Shown here piece after piece: positions 1 to 9,823 of a stretch of 64,000 bases of DNA. The notes below the pieces were generated by a model. It was not told the DNA's origin. It searched no databases and was given only the letters and a program-made list of their open reading frames with translations. The stretch's first letter is position 1; each line of letters begins with the position of its first letter. The position numbers were made by a program, and so were the translations under genes. The DNA lies in the NCBI GenBank assembly GCA_965222225.1, contig CBDCTK010000002.1, forward strand, positions 1,760,001-1,824,000. Reading direction: 5' to 3'. The DNA is from Candidatus Poribacteria bacterium. Its GTDB lineage: Bacteria > Poribacteria > WGA-4E > JAJDTR01.

Positions 1-234
1 AAAATTAATAAAGGTGGCGGCATAGGCGCCTCGCCCACTGTCACCGGTGACTTGCGTGAGCATTAGCTTCTTTGTTGCATTCGAAACGGTAACTTCTAGT
101 CCATCAAGTGGCAAATCATTTGCATCTGTCACTTGGCCGCTAACTATAAAAATACTAGCTGTGTTGCCAATCATCGGGATACTCAACCCAAGTATAACAA
201 GTCCTACGTAAAACCAGCGAATCCCGTGTCTCAT
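1..234 (-). CDS. Secreted protein, N-terminal part (carboxypeptidase-regulatory-like beta domain); truncated by window edge
   Basis: Manual translation MRHGIRWFYVGLVILGLSIPMIGNTASIFIVSGQVTDANDLPLDGLEVTVSN...; signal peptide, then a VSGQVTD..G.EVTV motif; GAAAGGAAGG RBS upstream. Confidence 0.7.
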   Translation of the reverse strand, partial: MRHGIRWFYVGLVILGLSIPMIGNTASIFIVSGQVTDANDLPLDGLEVTVSNATKKLMLTQVTGDSGRGAYAATFINF

Positions 235-511
235 TTTGCCTTCCTTTCTCATTGAGTGTTTAATTGGGTTCGTATTTTTCCGCCAATTTCCTGACCGATG
301 AAACCTAACCCCGTATCAAGTGACGAACCTCTATCATCTCGATTGGCAATGAGGTGTTTCAATAGCCTTGATTATAACACTTATTCGCCCGGCAATGCCA
401 GCAATCCATGAGGAGTCGCCAGCAGTTTACTATTTGTGCTGTTCCCAATATCAACGAAGGATTGTTAGGATGGTTTCCCTCGAAAGCACGACGATTTAGA
501 GCCCTGAAAGT

Positions 512-784
512 CTAGCGACCTCCAATCCACTGTCTGAATGCTCTCCAAGCCAACTTGCGTTTGAGCACTGAAGCGTTGATTTGATGGACAAACAGTTGCT
601 TGCCATCCATTTCCAATACCGGAATGATGTTCTTGTACTTTGTGAACAAGCCCATACTTGTCGTAATATTCGTCTCTTCCACCTCAATTGAGGACTCCAT
701 TGCTATTTTTTCCAAAGCGGCTTTAGCTTTGTCACACAGCGGGCAGTCGGGTTTTGTGAATAATCGCAGTTTGGTTGGAAGCAT
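512..784 (-). CDS. Glutaredoxin-like protein (DUF836 type)
   Basis: LFTKPDCPLCD CxxC motif, IPVLEMDG, about 90 aa. Confidence 0.85.
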   Translation of the reverse strand: MLPTKLRLFTKPDCPLCDKAKAALEKIAMESSIEVEETNITTSMGLFTKYKNIIPVLEMDGKQLFVHQINASVLKRKLAWRAFRQWIGGR

Positions 785-915
785 TTTTCAGGATACAGCC
801 TTGGCGGGGTATTGCCTGCCAATGTGCCCTAGATTGCAAAACCGCGAACAGATTGACAATGTGCGAACAGTCGCATAGAAGGCGTAACAACAAAAGTAAT
901 GGTGAATACGTCAAG

Positions 916-1854
916 CTAAAAGTTCGAAATCAGCGAAAATCGGTGCGTTGGGCCTAGTCTGCCAAACGAAACGAAGGCGTAGTCAATATGGAAACTTTCA
1001 ATCCTAAACCCAACGCCACCTGTTATTCCAGAAGCAGTTCCCAAATCGTTTCCGCCAACTCGGTATTTATAGCCGGCACGCAGGTGGAGTAACTCTGAGA
1101 CAGCAACCGCAACTCCCAACCCGGTCGTTATATTGTTGTCTGAAGGACGATTTACATCAGCAACGATTGTAAAGTTATCTTCCGGTAATTTGTATGCCCC
1201 TCCAACCTTTATATTGAAAGGAAGGCTAAAGGAGTCTTCGATATACTTGGCTTGAGTCCCTAGATGTTGTAGGTTGAATCCGAAGGAAAGAGGATGATTC
1301 GAAAGTGTGTATAACCCTCCCACATCAAACGCTAACGCTTGGGCGCTCTCTGTGTCAATCTCTTCACGTACCCATTTTACATTTGCTCCAAAAGCCATGC
1401 TTGAGCCAATGCGGCGAGCATACGAGAGAACTAGCGCCAGGTCATAAGGTCGAAACACTTGCGTTTCTTTGCCATTCACATCACGCCCCTGTATTTCACC
1501 GAAGGACATATAAATTACGCTACCGCCAATGACTCCTGCTCCGCCAATCGGCTGTACGAATCCAAGGAATTCGTGATTAATACCTTCAAACCATTCGTTA
1601 TGCATTAACCCGAACTGCGGACGGTGTATTTTGGAAAGTCCGGCCGGGTTCCAATAGGAGGCGTAAAGGTCATTTGCTTCCGCGACCTGCGATTCGCCCA
1701 TACCAATCGCTTTGGCTCCAACGCCGATTTTCAAGAAGGCCATCGCACGTGTTCCAGTGTTTTGGTGAATCTCCGTAGCATTGACCATCATCGGTGAATA
1801 GACGAGGAAACCAAGTACAATTAGTAACCCTAACCACGGATTCTTCTTTAACAA
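916..1854 (-). CDS. PorV/PorQ (UPF0164) family outer-membrane beta-barrel
   Basis: Signal peptide; FLKIGVGAKAIGMGE...YWNPAGL; C-terminal IDYAF...THRFSL..F. Confidence 0.85.
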   Translation of the reverse strand: MLKKNPWLGLLIVLGFLVYSPMMVNATEIHQNTGTRAMAFLKIGVGAKAIGMGESQVAEANDLYASYWNPAGLSKIHRPQFGLMHNEWFEGINHEFLGFVQPIGGAGVIGGSVIYMSFGEIQGRDVNGKETQVFRPYDLALVLSYARRIGSSMAFGANVKWVREEIDTESAQALAFDVGGLYTLSNHPLSFGFNLQHLGTQAKYIEDSFSLPFNIKVGGAYKLPEDNFTIVADVNRPSDNNITTGLGVAVAVSELLHLRAGYKYRVGGNDLGTASGITGGVGFRIESFHIDYAFVSFGRLGPTHRFSLISNF

Positions 1855-2129
1855 GACAATTCGCTCCTCTATGCTTGATTCCTCGGCACTAGATCGCCAT
1901 TATAGCGTTTCAATGCAGTGTTGTCAATGTAATCTCAATAGCGGGGCAGGGGAAACGCATCTAAAATCCATTGCTGGTGTTACGAGTCTTGGTTCCCGAA
2001 TCCCGTTTCGGTGCTATAGCAGTTCTATTACAGTTACCAAATCGATCGGCAATCATCGAAACCGCTATTTTCTCTCTTTGCACCAGTCATTAAGAGCACC
2101 AAAGGCGCTCAAGGAAGCGAATAGCGACC

Positions 2130-2230
2130 GCGATAGAGATCTTCTAGTGAGTGCGATAGAGATCCCACAGGTGTATAGCAACGCGAATTCTCACACCGTC
2201 CAAAGCCCCAGCGGGGCGACACCGTGTAGA
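2130..2230. repeat. 12-bp direct repeat (gcgatagagatc x2) followed by a REP-like GC hairpin (gccccagcggggc)
   Basis: Copies at 2130-2141 and 2153-2164; hairpin near 2204-2217. Confidence 0.45.
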
Positions 2231-2666
2231 TTGGGGTTGAACCGAAATCCATGAAAAATCGCGCAGACGGGCTTTTGAGGGTTGATTTCGTCTGAATGTG
2301 CCAAACCTTGAGTGAACCCCAACACTTCATCCCGCACAATCTCTGATTATCAAATTGAATCGGCAATTATTAAAACCACGATTCTCCTTCAATCCCCACT
2401 CATTGAAACTCCAGCCTAGAGGGAAGGGAGAGGCACCTTTACACCCCAAAATCAGGTGCGTTTCCCCTGAATAGCGGGCGGTAAAGATTTTCAAAACACG
2501 TGTACGTTCCCAACCGAGTTCCTTTGTCCCTTTCGCAGATATAACACACTCATATTGCGATTTTGTGAATTTAGACATCAGTGCAATGCACGGTTGTGCA
2601 CCGAAACATATACAAGCGTTCAAAGGGAACTTGCGCCGTTGACAATCAATTGGATTTATTATTTAC

Positions 2667-2824
2667 TAACGCAAGTTGCTACCTATAACAGAGAAACCGA
2701 GTTTTTGGTTCACGATCGCAAAACTAATAGGTAAATTGGTCTGATTTTCATCAATATCGTGTTTCCACGTTGGAAAAAACTCGGTTTCTGTGCCCCTGTC
2801 GGACAAAGGTAGTAACTTGGGTTA
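2667..2824. mobile_element. MITE-like element with terminal inverted repeats and a flanking direct repeat
   Basis: taacgcaagttgctacct / aggtagtaacttgggtta (16/18 inverted match); internal IR agaaaccgagtttt/aaaactcggtttct; ttatttact at 2659-2667 and 2822-2830. Confidence 0.75.
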
Positions 2825-3952
2825 TTTACTTAAGAAGATATATGTAGAGGTGGTAGCAATCGAGATGACACTTAGAACAAACGACCAGTCAATATGAAAC
2901 CGTTTTCCAACCTCCAGCGAATCACCAGGGTATAGTAAAGTCTTGAAACCTGCTGAATCTTCATCATCTTCCCAGTCCAATATAATCTCTTCAATCGTCC
3001 CGTCTTTTCGCCAAACTTTCACCTCTCCGCGCTTGGCGAATTCTTCGAAGCCTCCAGCTCTTGAGATCGCCTCTCGAGGGGAGATTGGTTTGCCGATGCG
3101 ATAGGGACCCGGATTGCGTACATAACCAAGCACATGAACCGGATTAATTTTGTAAGCGCTAGGTATATACATCGTGTCGCCATCCCTTAGATAATACCCC
3201 TCCTCTTCTACTTGTGGGTTTTTCCAAAATTCCTCACCTAGGTTTAGCTCAATTATCTCGCCACTCTTTCGGACAATGACCACCGAGGTGAGATCGGCGA
3301 CATCATCCGGTCCGCTCACCGGTCCGCCCGCTTGTACCAATGCGCGATCAATTCGAATCTTTTCACGAACAAGGAGTCGTCCAGGTTTCAAAACCTGACC
3401 GTTTACTTGGACACTGGCGAGCGCTGAAACAAATATTATGTCGCCATCTTCAATTAAAATCTCGCGATATTCCTGGTCTGGCGACAGGTCGTAAACCTCA
3501 ATACACTTATCCGCACGAATAACCTTCACGTTTTCCCGATCTGCTCCTCCACTCATCCCACCCGCTTTTGCCAATGCATCATACAGTCCGATTTTGTCGT
3601 GAAGTGGTAGTGCAAAGCGGTTTGTCACGGTTACTTCTCCCCATACCAGAAACCCTCTTCCGTGAAGAGGGTCTATTATAACAATAGGATTTTGAGTCCG
3701 CCCATAATTCGTAATTCGATCGCGAATCAAATCCGCAGCATCCACAAGACTTTTTCCCGCAAGATGCAGCTCTCCCCCGAAATATATAATATGTCCATCA
3801 CGTCTAACTTGTAGGTTACGACCGTATGCAGGGTGGTCCAAGACAACAATGGAGAGCGTATCTCCGGGTTCGATTCTATAAGTTTCGCCGAGTGAGATAG
3901 ACACGGGCAAAGCCAGAATGGTTAGAATCCAGATTAAGCGCGAAGGTGTCAT
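2822..3952 (-). CDS. Polysaccharide export (Wza-like) protein with SLBB repeats
   Basis: YRIEPGDTLSIVV poly_export domain, three V.G.V..PG/AL..AGG SLBB repeats, C-terminal helix; start chosen at ATG 3952 after AAGGAG. Confidence 0.85.
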   Translation of the reverse strand: MTPSRLIWILTILALPVSISLGETYRIEPGDTLSIVVLDHPAYGRNLQVRRDGHIIYFGGELHLAGKSLVDAADLIRDRITNYGRTQNPIVIIDPLHGRGFLVWGEVTVTNRFALPLHDKIGLYDALAKAGGMSGGADRENVKVIRADKCIEVYDLSPDQEYREILIEDGDIIFVSALASVQVNGQVLKPGRLLVREKIRIDRALVQAGGPVSGPDDVADLTSVVIVRKSGEIIELNLGEEFWKNPQVEEEGYYLRDGDTMYIPSAYKINPVHVLGYVRNPGPYRIGKPISPREAISRAGGFEEFAKRGEVKVWRKDGTIEEIILDWEDDEDSAGFKTLLYPGDSLEVGKRFHIDWSFVLSVISIATTSTYIFLSK

Positions 3953-3977
3953 TAGTGTGTAAAATCTCCTTATAAAT

Positions 3978-4358
3978 TCAGGTCGTATCGTTTTCTGCAT
4001 CCGAATCTTCCGATTGGTCAGCCGGTAGAGAAGCAAGATATAGTTCGATAAGATCTCTCGCCCTTCCGAAATCTTCCGGATGGACAAGAATATCACCCCA
4101 GTCGGGCGAAAAATCACCTTGCACGCTCCCTACCGATGGCATCTCGTGTGACCGCAAAGCCGTTTCAATTCCACCATTCTCCAAGACGCCTTTCAAGATA
4201 TTTCCCAAGATTTCACTTGAAACAGATTGGACAATCTTCCAGTCAACGTACTCAACACCCGCGTCCAGTGACAATTCCGCGACGAGATCTGTTCCGCAGT
4301 CAGTACAATTCAGAATCCCTTCATTAAATTCGGACCTGCATTGTGGGCAAAACGGCAT
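3978..4358 (-). CDS. Zinc-ribbon plus DUF2007 protein
   Basis: MPFCPQCRSEF...CTDCG; ILKGVLENGGI...ILVHPED. Confidence 0.8.
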   Translation of the reverse strand: MPFCPQCRSEFNEGILNCTDCGTDLVAELSLDAGVEYVDWKIVQSVSSEILGNILKGVLENGGIETALRSHEMPSVGSVQGDFSPDWGDILVHPEDFGRARDLIELYLASLPADQSEDSDAENDTT

Positions 4359-4555
4359 AAGGCACCTTACTTTAACTGTGACAAGCCAATTGAAAATACT
4401 GGATTGGGAATAGGGATTCGGATACACAGTGTAGCTGCGTACGTGTTTTACTCTTTATCCGAATTATATCCGAGATTATCGCGTTTGAAAAGAGTGAATT
4501 CAAAACGAGAATCGAACTCAGGCATCAAGTGGGGCACAACCGATTCTTACGGTAA

Positions 4556-5572
4556 TTAGTTTGGAATCTTCCCTGACATCTTCATTTCGTGTTTGTGATG
4601 ACGCCGTTTCTTAATTAGTCCATAGATACCCAGAGGAATGCAGTAGAGTAGGATGATGAGATGTAGACTAAATCCAGCGACGATAGCCAGTTCTTTTTGT
4701 GTTCCGAAGCGCATTAACACCCACGCGAAGGGGAATTCCACTGTTCCAAAATTGCCAATACTCTGCACAGGCAACAGGTTAAAGATGCTAGTGAATGCCA
4801 AAGCAAAGGTTAAACGAACCACGGAAATATCAATCCCCATCTCACGTGCAAGGTAGCACTGGAATCCGAAACGAATTCCCAAACCGAGGAGAGAATATCC
4901 CCAAATCTTGGAGAAACGCCAGTTAAAACGGATATTCGTCAATTCATGAATGACCCTAAGGCATTTGTTCACTAACCATGTAATAGGTCGCTTTTCGAAA
5001 TATAGCAAAGGTTTAGCACAGAGGGAAGCGATAGCGATGCATGCGTTGGGTGCGGTGCACGCCGTAGAAAGCAAAATTGCCAATGCGCAGAACATCATGA
5101 GGGGTGCTATAAAGAGAATCGTGTAAGATAGTTCTTCACTAAAGCTAGAGCGGAGCAACCAACCTGTGCCAACCATAAAAGCCAGTAGTAACATCAGATC
5201 GATGATGCTCGCCAACATCAACGATGCGACACTTTTTGTTTCATCTACCCCTTCCCTCCGCTTCATTAAGTAGATATATGAAAGGTCTCCACTGCGCATC
5301 GGCAGTAGGTTACCCCAAAATGTATGCAACGCGAGGATTGGGGCGAGCTGCTTAACCGGAACATCCAACTCAAGCAACTCACGAAAACGAAGGGCTTTCG
5401 ACCAAACCAATAACGAATACAGGATAAACCCGACAATGAGCGCCAAAACCGGCGCTCGTCCAAGCGTGTTCGGAATCTGTTGAATCGAGATTTCTTTTAA
5501 GAGGAAGTAGCAAACAATGAGCGCAATTGATGTTGGGAAAAGTGCTTTAGTGAGGTACGTTCTTATTGTCAT
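4556..5572 (-). CDS. Lysylphosphatidylglycerol synthase TM (flippase-like) membrane protein
   Basis: Multi-TM; KALRF, NLLPMRSGD, LPVQSIGNFGTVE motifs; start uncertain (5572 or 5617). Confidence 0.8.
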   Translation of the reverse strand: MTIRTYLTKALFPTSIALIVCYFLLKEISIQQIPNTLGRAPVLALIVGFILYSLLVWSKALRFRELLELDVPVKQLAPILALHTFWGNLLPMRSGDLSYIYLMKRREGVDETKSVASLMLASIIDLMLLLAFMVGTGWLLRSSFSEELSYTILFIAPLMMFCALAILLSTACTAPNACIAIASLCAKPLLYFEKRPITWLVNKCLRVIHELTNIRFNWRFSKIWGYSLLGLGIRFGFQCYLAREMGIDISVVRLTFALAFTSIFNLLPVQSIGNFGTVEFPFAWVLMRFGTQKELAIVAGFSLHLIILLYCIPLGIYGLIKKRRHHKHEMKMSGKIPN

Positions 5573-5858
5573 ACCAATGAGTGTTTGTCGGTACAAACCG
5601 TTAGCAATCCCATGCATTTAGATAGAATGCCCCACCCTTCGACGAGCGTTACTACTGTTCGACACAGTCTACACTCCTTGTATCGAATTTAGAGATAGTC
5701 ACTATCCTCACCCGGCTATTAATGTGAAGAAGTTTTCCCTCTAATCGCTAGGATTATCCAGCCCTTTCCAAAACATTGTCTTCGCACAGGGGTATTCATG
5801 AACCGTCTACTGATTTGATTATATCACACCCCCAAACAAATGCAATGGAATTTAAGGA

Positions 5859-5887
5859 TTGACGCACGTTACAAGCGGTGCTATCCT
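5859..5887 (+). promoter_or_regulatory. Putative sigma70 promoter of mutS
   Basis: TTGACG-17 nt-TATCCT with TG extension. Confidence 0.5.
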
Positions 5888-5951
5888 ATTTGGCAGCGAA
5901 CTTACCATCAATTCCCGAATCGTTAATTCTTGTAGATGTCGCAATCGAAAA

Positions 5952-8621
5952 ATGGCAAGACACCAACAAATCTCCCCGTTAATGGAGCAATACAAACGCT
6001 TGAAAGATCAGCACGCCGACGCAATTCTGCTGTGCCGCGTTGGCGATTTCTATGAGGCGTTTTACGATGACGCGGAATTGATTTCGCGCGTGCTGGAAAT
6101 CACACTTACTTCCAGAGATAAAGATAGCCAGGATGGACCGATACCCATGGCGGGCGTACCGCACCACGCTCTCGACTCGTATCTTTACAAACTGGTGATG
6201 GCAGGCCATAAAGTGGCGATTTCCGAGCAGATGGAAGATCCGAAAGCGGCAAAAGGCATAGTCAAGCGAGACGTTGTCCGAATCGTGACTCCCGGAACAC
6301 TTACCGATCCAAAGGCGTTGGAACAGAAGGCTAACAATTACTTGGTCGCAATCTATCAACTCAGAGACGTTTACGGTCTCGCCGCCGCCGATCTCTCCAC
6401 CGGGGAATTTACAGTGACCGAGTTGATGGACGCACCAAAACTCTGGGCGGAGCTACATCGGTTCGCCCCCAAGGAGTGCCTTTTCTCTGAATCATTCGAC
6501 GATGGAGAAATGTTTGAGCGCCTTCGCACAAACTTCAAGGCTGTCGTCAATTTTCTGCCCGACTGGCGTTTTGCGTTCGATAGTGCGCGAGTTGAACTTC
6601 TCCAACATTTCAAGACACTCTCGCTTGATGGTTACGGTTGCGAACATCTTCACGCCGCAATTTGTGCCGCGGGCGCCTTAATATATTACCTGCATGAAAC
6701 ACAGAAGCAGGAGGTTGAACATATTCTCTCGCTTCACACCTACACAATCTCCAACTTCATGGTACTGGATGCCGACACTCAGCGAAATCTGGAATTGACA
6801 TCGTCCCTTCGTGATGCTTCTTCCAGAGGCACGCTCTTGGAAGTTTTGGACGAAACCGTTACGCCAATGGGCGGACGCAAGCTACGTCAGTGTATCTTGC
6901 AACCTCTATTGAAACCGGCGGAAGTCAATGCTCGGTTAGATGCAGTGGGTGAGTTGAAAGATCGCATAGGTTTGCAAGAAGAATTGCGCGAAGCGTTAAA
7001 TGGAATGTACGATATTGAGCGTTTAATCTCCCGGGTTAGCTTGGGATCCGCAAACGCACGCGATCTTCTCGCCTTGAAAAACTCACTGCAACTGATTCCC
7101 ACAGTCAAAGAACAACTACAAGCTTGCGAAACCGCATTGCTCAAATCCATGAATGAGGAGCTGGATCCATTGACGGAGCTGAGCGACCTAATTGAGGCTG
7201 CGATACATCCGGAGCCACCCGCAACCGTGCGTGAAGGCAGATTAATCCGTGACGGACACAGCGAGCAGTTAGATGAATTGCGAAGCATAACCGGTGAAGG
7301 TAAAGATTGGATAGCATCGCTGCAGCAGAAGGAACGTGAGAAGACCGGAATCACCTCTCTCAAGATCGGTTTTAACCAAGTCTTCGGATATTACATAGAA
7401 GTCACGAATAGAAATCTAAATCTTATTCCCGAGGACTATATCCGCAAACAAACATTGGTAAATGCAGAACGATTCATTACGCCGGAACTCAAGGAGCGCG
7501 AATCACGAATCCTGAACGCTGAAGATCAGATTCAAACGCTTGAATACGATCTTTTCTGTGAAATTCGCGGTCAAGTCGCTCGTAAAACCGAAAGTATTCA
7601 GCGAGTTGCTTCGGTCATTGCAATGATTGATGTCATTGCCGACTTAGCGTACACAGCCTCTAAATACGACTATTCAAAGCCGATTGTTGACGAGAGTGAT
7701 GAAATCATTATCCGAAACGGTCGTCACCCCGTAGTCGAGCGACTGTTTACTCAAGAGGGGTTTGTCCCGAACGACACGGAACTAAATTGTCGCGATCATC
7801 AGATGCACATTATCACAGGACCAAACATGAGCGGAAAAAGCACCTATCTACGGCAAACCGCACTTATCACGTTGTTGGCGCAGATGGGCAGTTTCGTGCC
7901 AGCATCAGCGGCGAAAATTGGTATAGTGGACCGAATATTTACCCGCGTTGGAGCATCCGATAACCTTGTCATGGGGCAGAGCACTTTTCTTGTGGAAATG
8001 AACGAGACCGCCAATATACTAAACAACGCCACCCGCAAGAGTCTTATCGTCCTTGACGAAATTGGCCGTGGTACGAGTACCTTCGACGGATTAAGCATTG
8101 CATGGGCAGTCTCAGAATACATCCTTGACGAGAAGCGGATTGGCGCAAAAACCCAGTTTGCCACCCATTATCATGAACTGATTGAGTTAGCCGGAAAGTA
8201 TAAGCCGGTCAAGAATTTCAACGTCGCCGTTCATGAGGATGGGCACGCTGTGACCTTTCTGCGAAAAGTTGTCAAGGGCGGAACCGATCAGAGTTACGGA
8301 ATTCAAGTTGCCCGACTGGCAGGTTTGCCGTGTGCAGTCATTGAACGGGCTCAGCAAATTTTGGAAGTCCTTGAACAGCACAACCTCAGTGTAGAATCTG
8401 AAGCTCCAAATCACCTACCTAGAACCAGCTCCAAAATGCCTCGTCCACGCAACCGCCTTTCAAGATCCGATTTTCAGGGAGATGAACTTCAGCTTGCCCT
8501 GTTTACTCCCAAAACCCACCCCATTATTGAGGAATTGCGGCAACTCGACCTCAACCAACTATCGCCACTTGACGCATTAAATCAGATTTACCAATTGAAA
8601 GCGAAAGCCGAGAACTCCTAA
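5952..8621 (+). CDS. mutS: DNA mismatch repair protein MutS
   Basis: SPLMEQY, RVGDFYEAF, ITGPNMSGKST Walker A, STFLVEM, DEIGRGTST, SYGIQVARLAG. Confidence 0.98.
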   Translation: MARHQQISPLMEQYKRLKDQHADAILLCRVGDFYEAFYDDAELISRVLEITLTSRDKDSQDGPIPMAGVPHHALDSYLYKLVMAGHKVAISEQMEDPKAAKGIVKRDVVRIVTPGTLTDPKALEQKANNYLVAIYQLRDVYGLAAADLSTGEFTVTELMDAPKLWAELHRFAPKECLFSESFDDGEMFERLRTNFKAVVNFLPDWRFAFDSARVELLQHFKTLSLDGYGCEHLHAAICAAGALIYYLHETQKQEVEHILSLHTYTISNFMVLDADTQRNLELTSSLRDASSRGTLLEVLDETVTPMGGRKLRQCILQPLLKPAEVNARLDAVGELKDRIGLQEELREALNGMYDIERLISRVSLGSANARDLLALKNSLQLIPTVKEQLQACETALLKSMNEELDPLTELSDLIEAAIHPEPPATVREGRLIRDGHSEQLDELRSITGEGKDWIASLQQKEREKTGITSLKIGFNQVFGYYIEVTNRNLNLIPEDYIRKQTLVNAERFITPELKERESRILNAEDQIQTLEYDLFCEIRGQVARKTESIQRVASVIAMIDVIADLAYTASKYDYSKPIVDESDEIIIRNGRHPVVERLFTQEGFVPNDTELNCRDHQMHIITGPNMSGKSTYLRQTALITLLAQMGSFVPASAAKIGIVDRIFTRVGASDNLVMGQSTFLVEMNETANILNNATRKSLIVLDEIGRGTSTFDGLSIAWAVSEYILDEKRIGAKTQFATHYHELIELAGKYKPVKNFNVAVHEDGHAVTFLRKVVKGGTDQSYGIQVARLAGLPCAVIERAQQILEVLEQHNLSVESEAPNHLPRTSSKMPRPRNRLSRSDFQGDELQLALFTPKTHPIIEELRQLDLNQLSPLDALNQIYQLKAKAENS

Positions 8622-8833
8622 GGGCTGCCCCCAAATAAAGTAGCGGGGAAGCTAGGCAGGGGTCGCCAAAACTACGGCGGTAGAGCATTGCTATCGCAGG
8701 ATTACCGTCTCGAATTGCAACTGAATAATGTACTAGGTCCCACAGACGAACCACGCGATGTATGGTTCACGTGTTTTACCTGCAATGTAGCGAGGTATCA
8801 GATTACTAGTCGTTATCACGAGGTCATAAAGCT

Positions 8834-9717
8834 ATGAATGAACAAGCTGAATTTGTGACGATGAGTGACCGAGAGAAATACGTATTCGATAAGGATTCCT
8901 TATTGTTCGATAGCTCCTAACGCCGGAAGAAATCCGCGCCTTCAACGAGGCGCTCCACGTAAATCCGGACAAACGCAGTGAATTTGGACCTCCGGGGCCA
9001 CAGAGAAAGCCGTTCTCAGGTCAGTTTGGCTCATATTCGTTTCGGATCAATATGATAGCTTGGGAACAACCGTGGTGCCAGCCGTTCCGCGATTTAATCG
9101 CGCATCGTAAACTTGTCCCGTATCTCAATACAATGATGGGCAGGGGGCGGAAGATAGATCGCTGCGTCGAAGTATTCACCATGAAGGAAGGGTGCGAAGG
9201 GCTCACCTTGCACGGTCATGGTAACCAAGATTTTAACGGGTCGCGTCATTATGTTTGCCAAAATGGGCGAATGCGTTGCGGGCTAATCGTGTGTCAATTC
9301 TATCTCACCGATGTCAATGGCGGCGGCAGTGGACTTTGCCACGTGCTCGGAAGCCATAAAGCCAACTTTCCATTTCCGATGGACAGAGGTCCACGAAATT
9401 TCAGAGAGTGGGAAACCTATAAAGACGTTGTCTGCCAACCGATTCTCAAGGCGGGAGATCTTATCATCTTCAATGGAGCGACAACGCACGGCGGACTTCC
9501 GAGGAAGGGCAAAACCGAGCGTCGCTGTATTCTCCACCGCTACACGCCAAAATATCTCTACTACGACAATGGCTACTACGAAACCAGCTTGCCTGAGTGG
9601 GTTTCAGAATTGACCGAAGCGCAGCAGGCTGTGTTGGAATCGCCCTACATCTTTAATCGCCCGTTAATTGAGGAGGATGGTATAACGGTCGTGCGACCAC
9701 AGCGTGAAGGCGAGTAA
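8834..9717 (+). pseudogene. Phytanoyl-CoA dioxygenase (PhyH) family, disrupted
   Basis: MNEQAEFVTMSDREKYVFD, then a frameshift near 8890 into GFLIVR*LLTPEEI (TAG at 8911), continuing into the 9052 ORF; GSHKANF, AGDLIIF...THG motifs. Confidence 0.8.
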
Positions 9718-9823
9718 AAAAGAACGATTCGGAAAACCGGCATGGGGAGTACCGAAGCTGCGTAACTCACAATGACGGTGTGTCGAAATGTGATCCGCCA
9801 AACCTTGGGAAACCTAGATCTAG

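Noticed and set aside
1871-2623. Short ORFs of 85-127 aa in the intergenic region
   Set aside because: No RBS or recognisable motifs; they overlap repeat remnants
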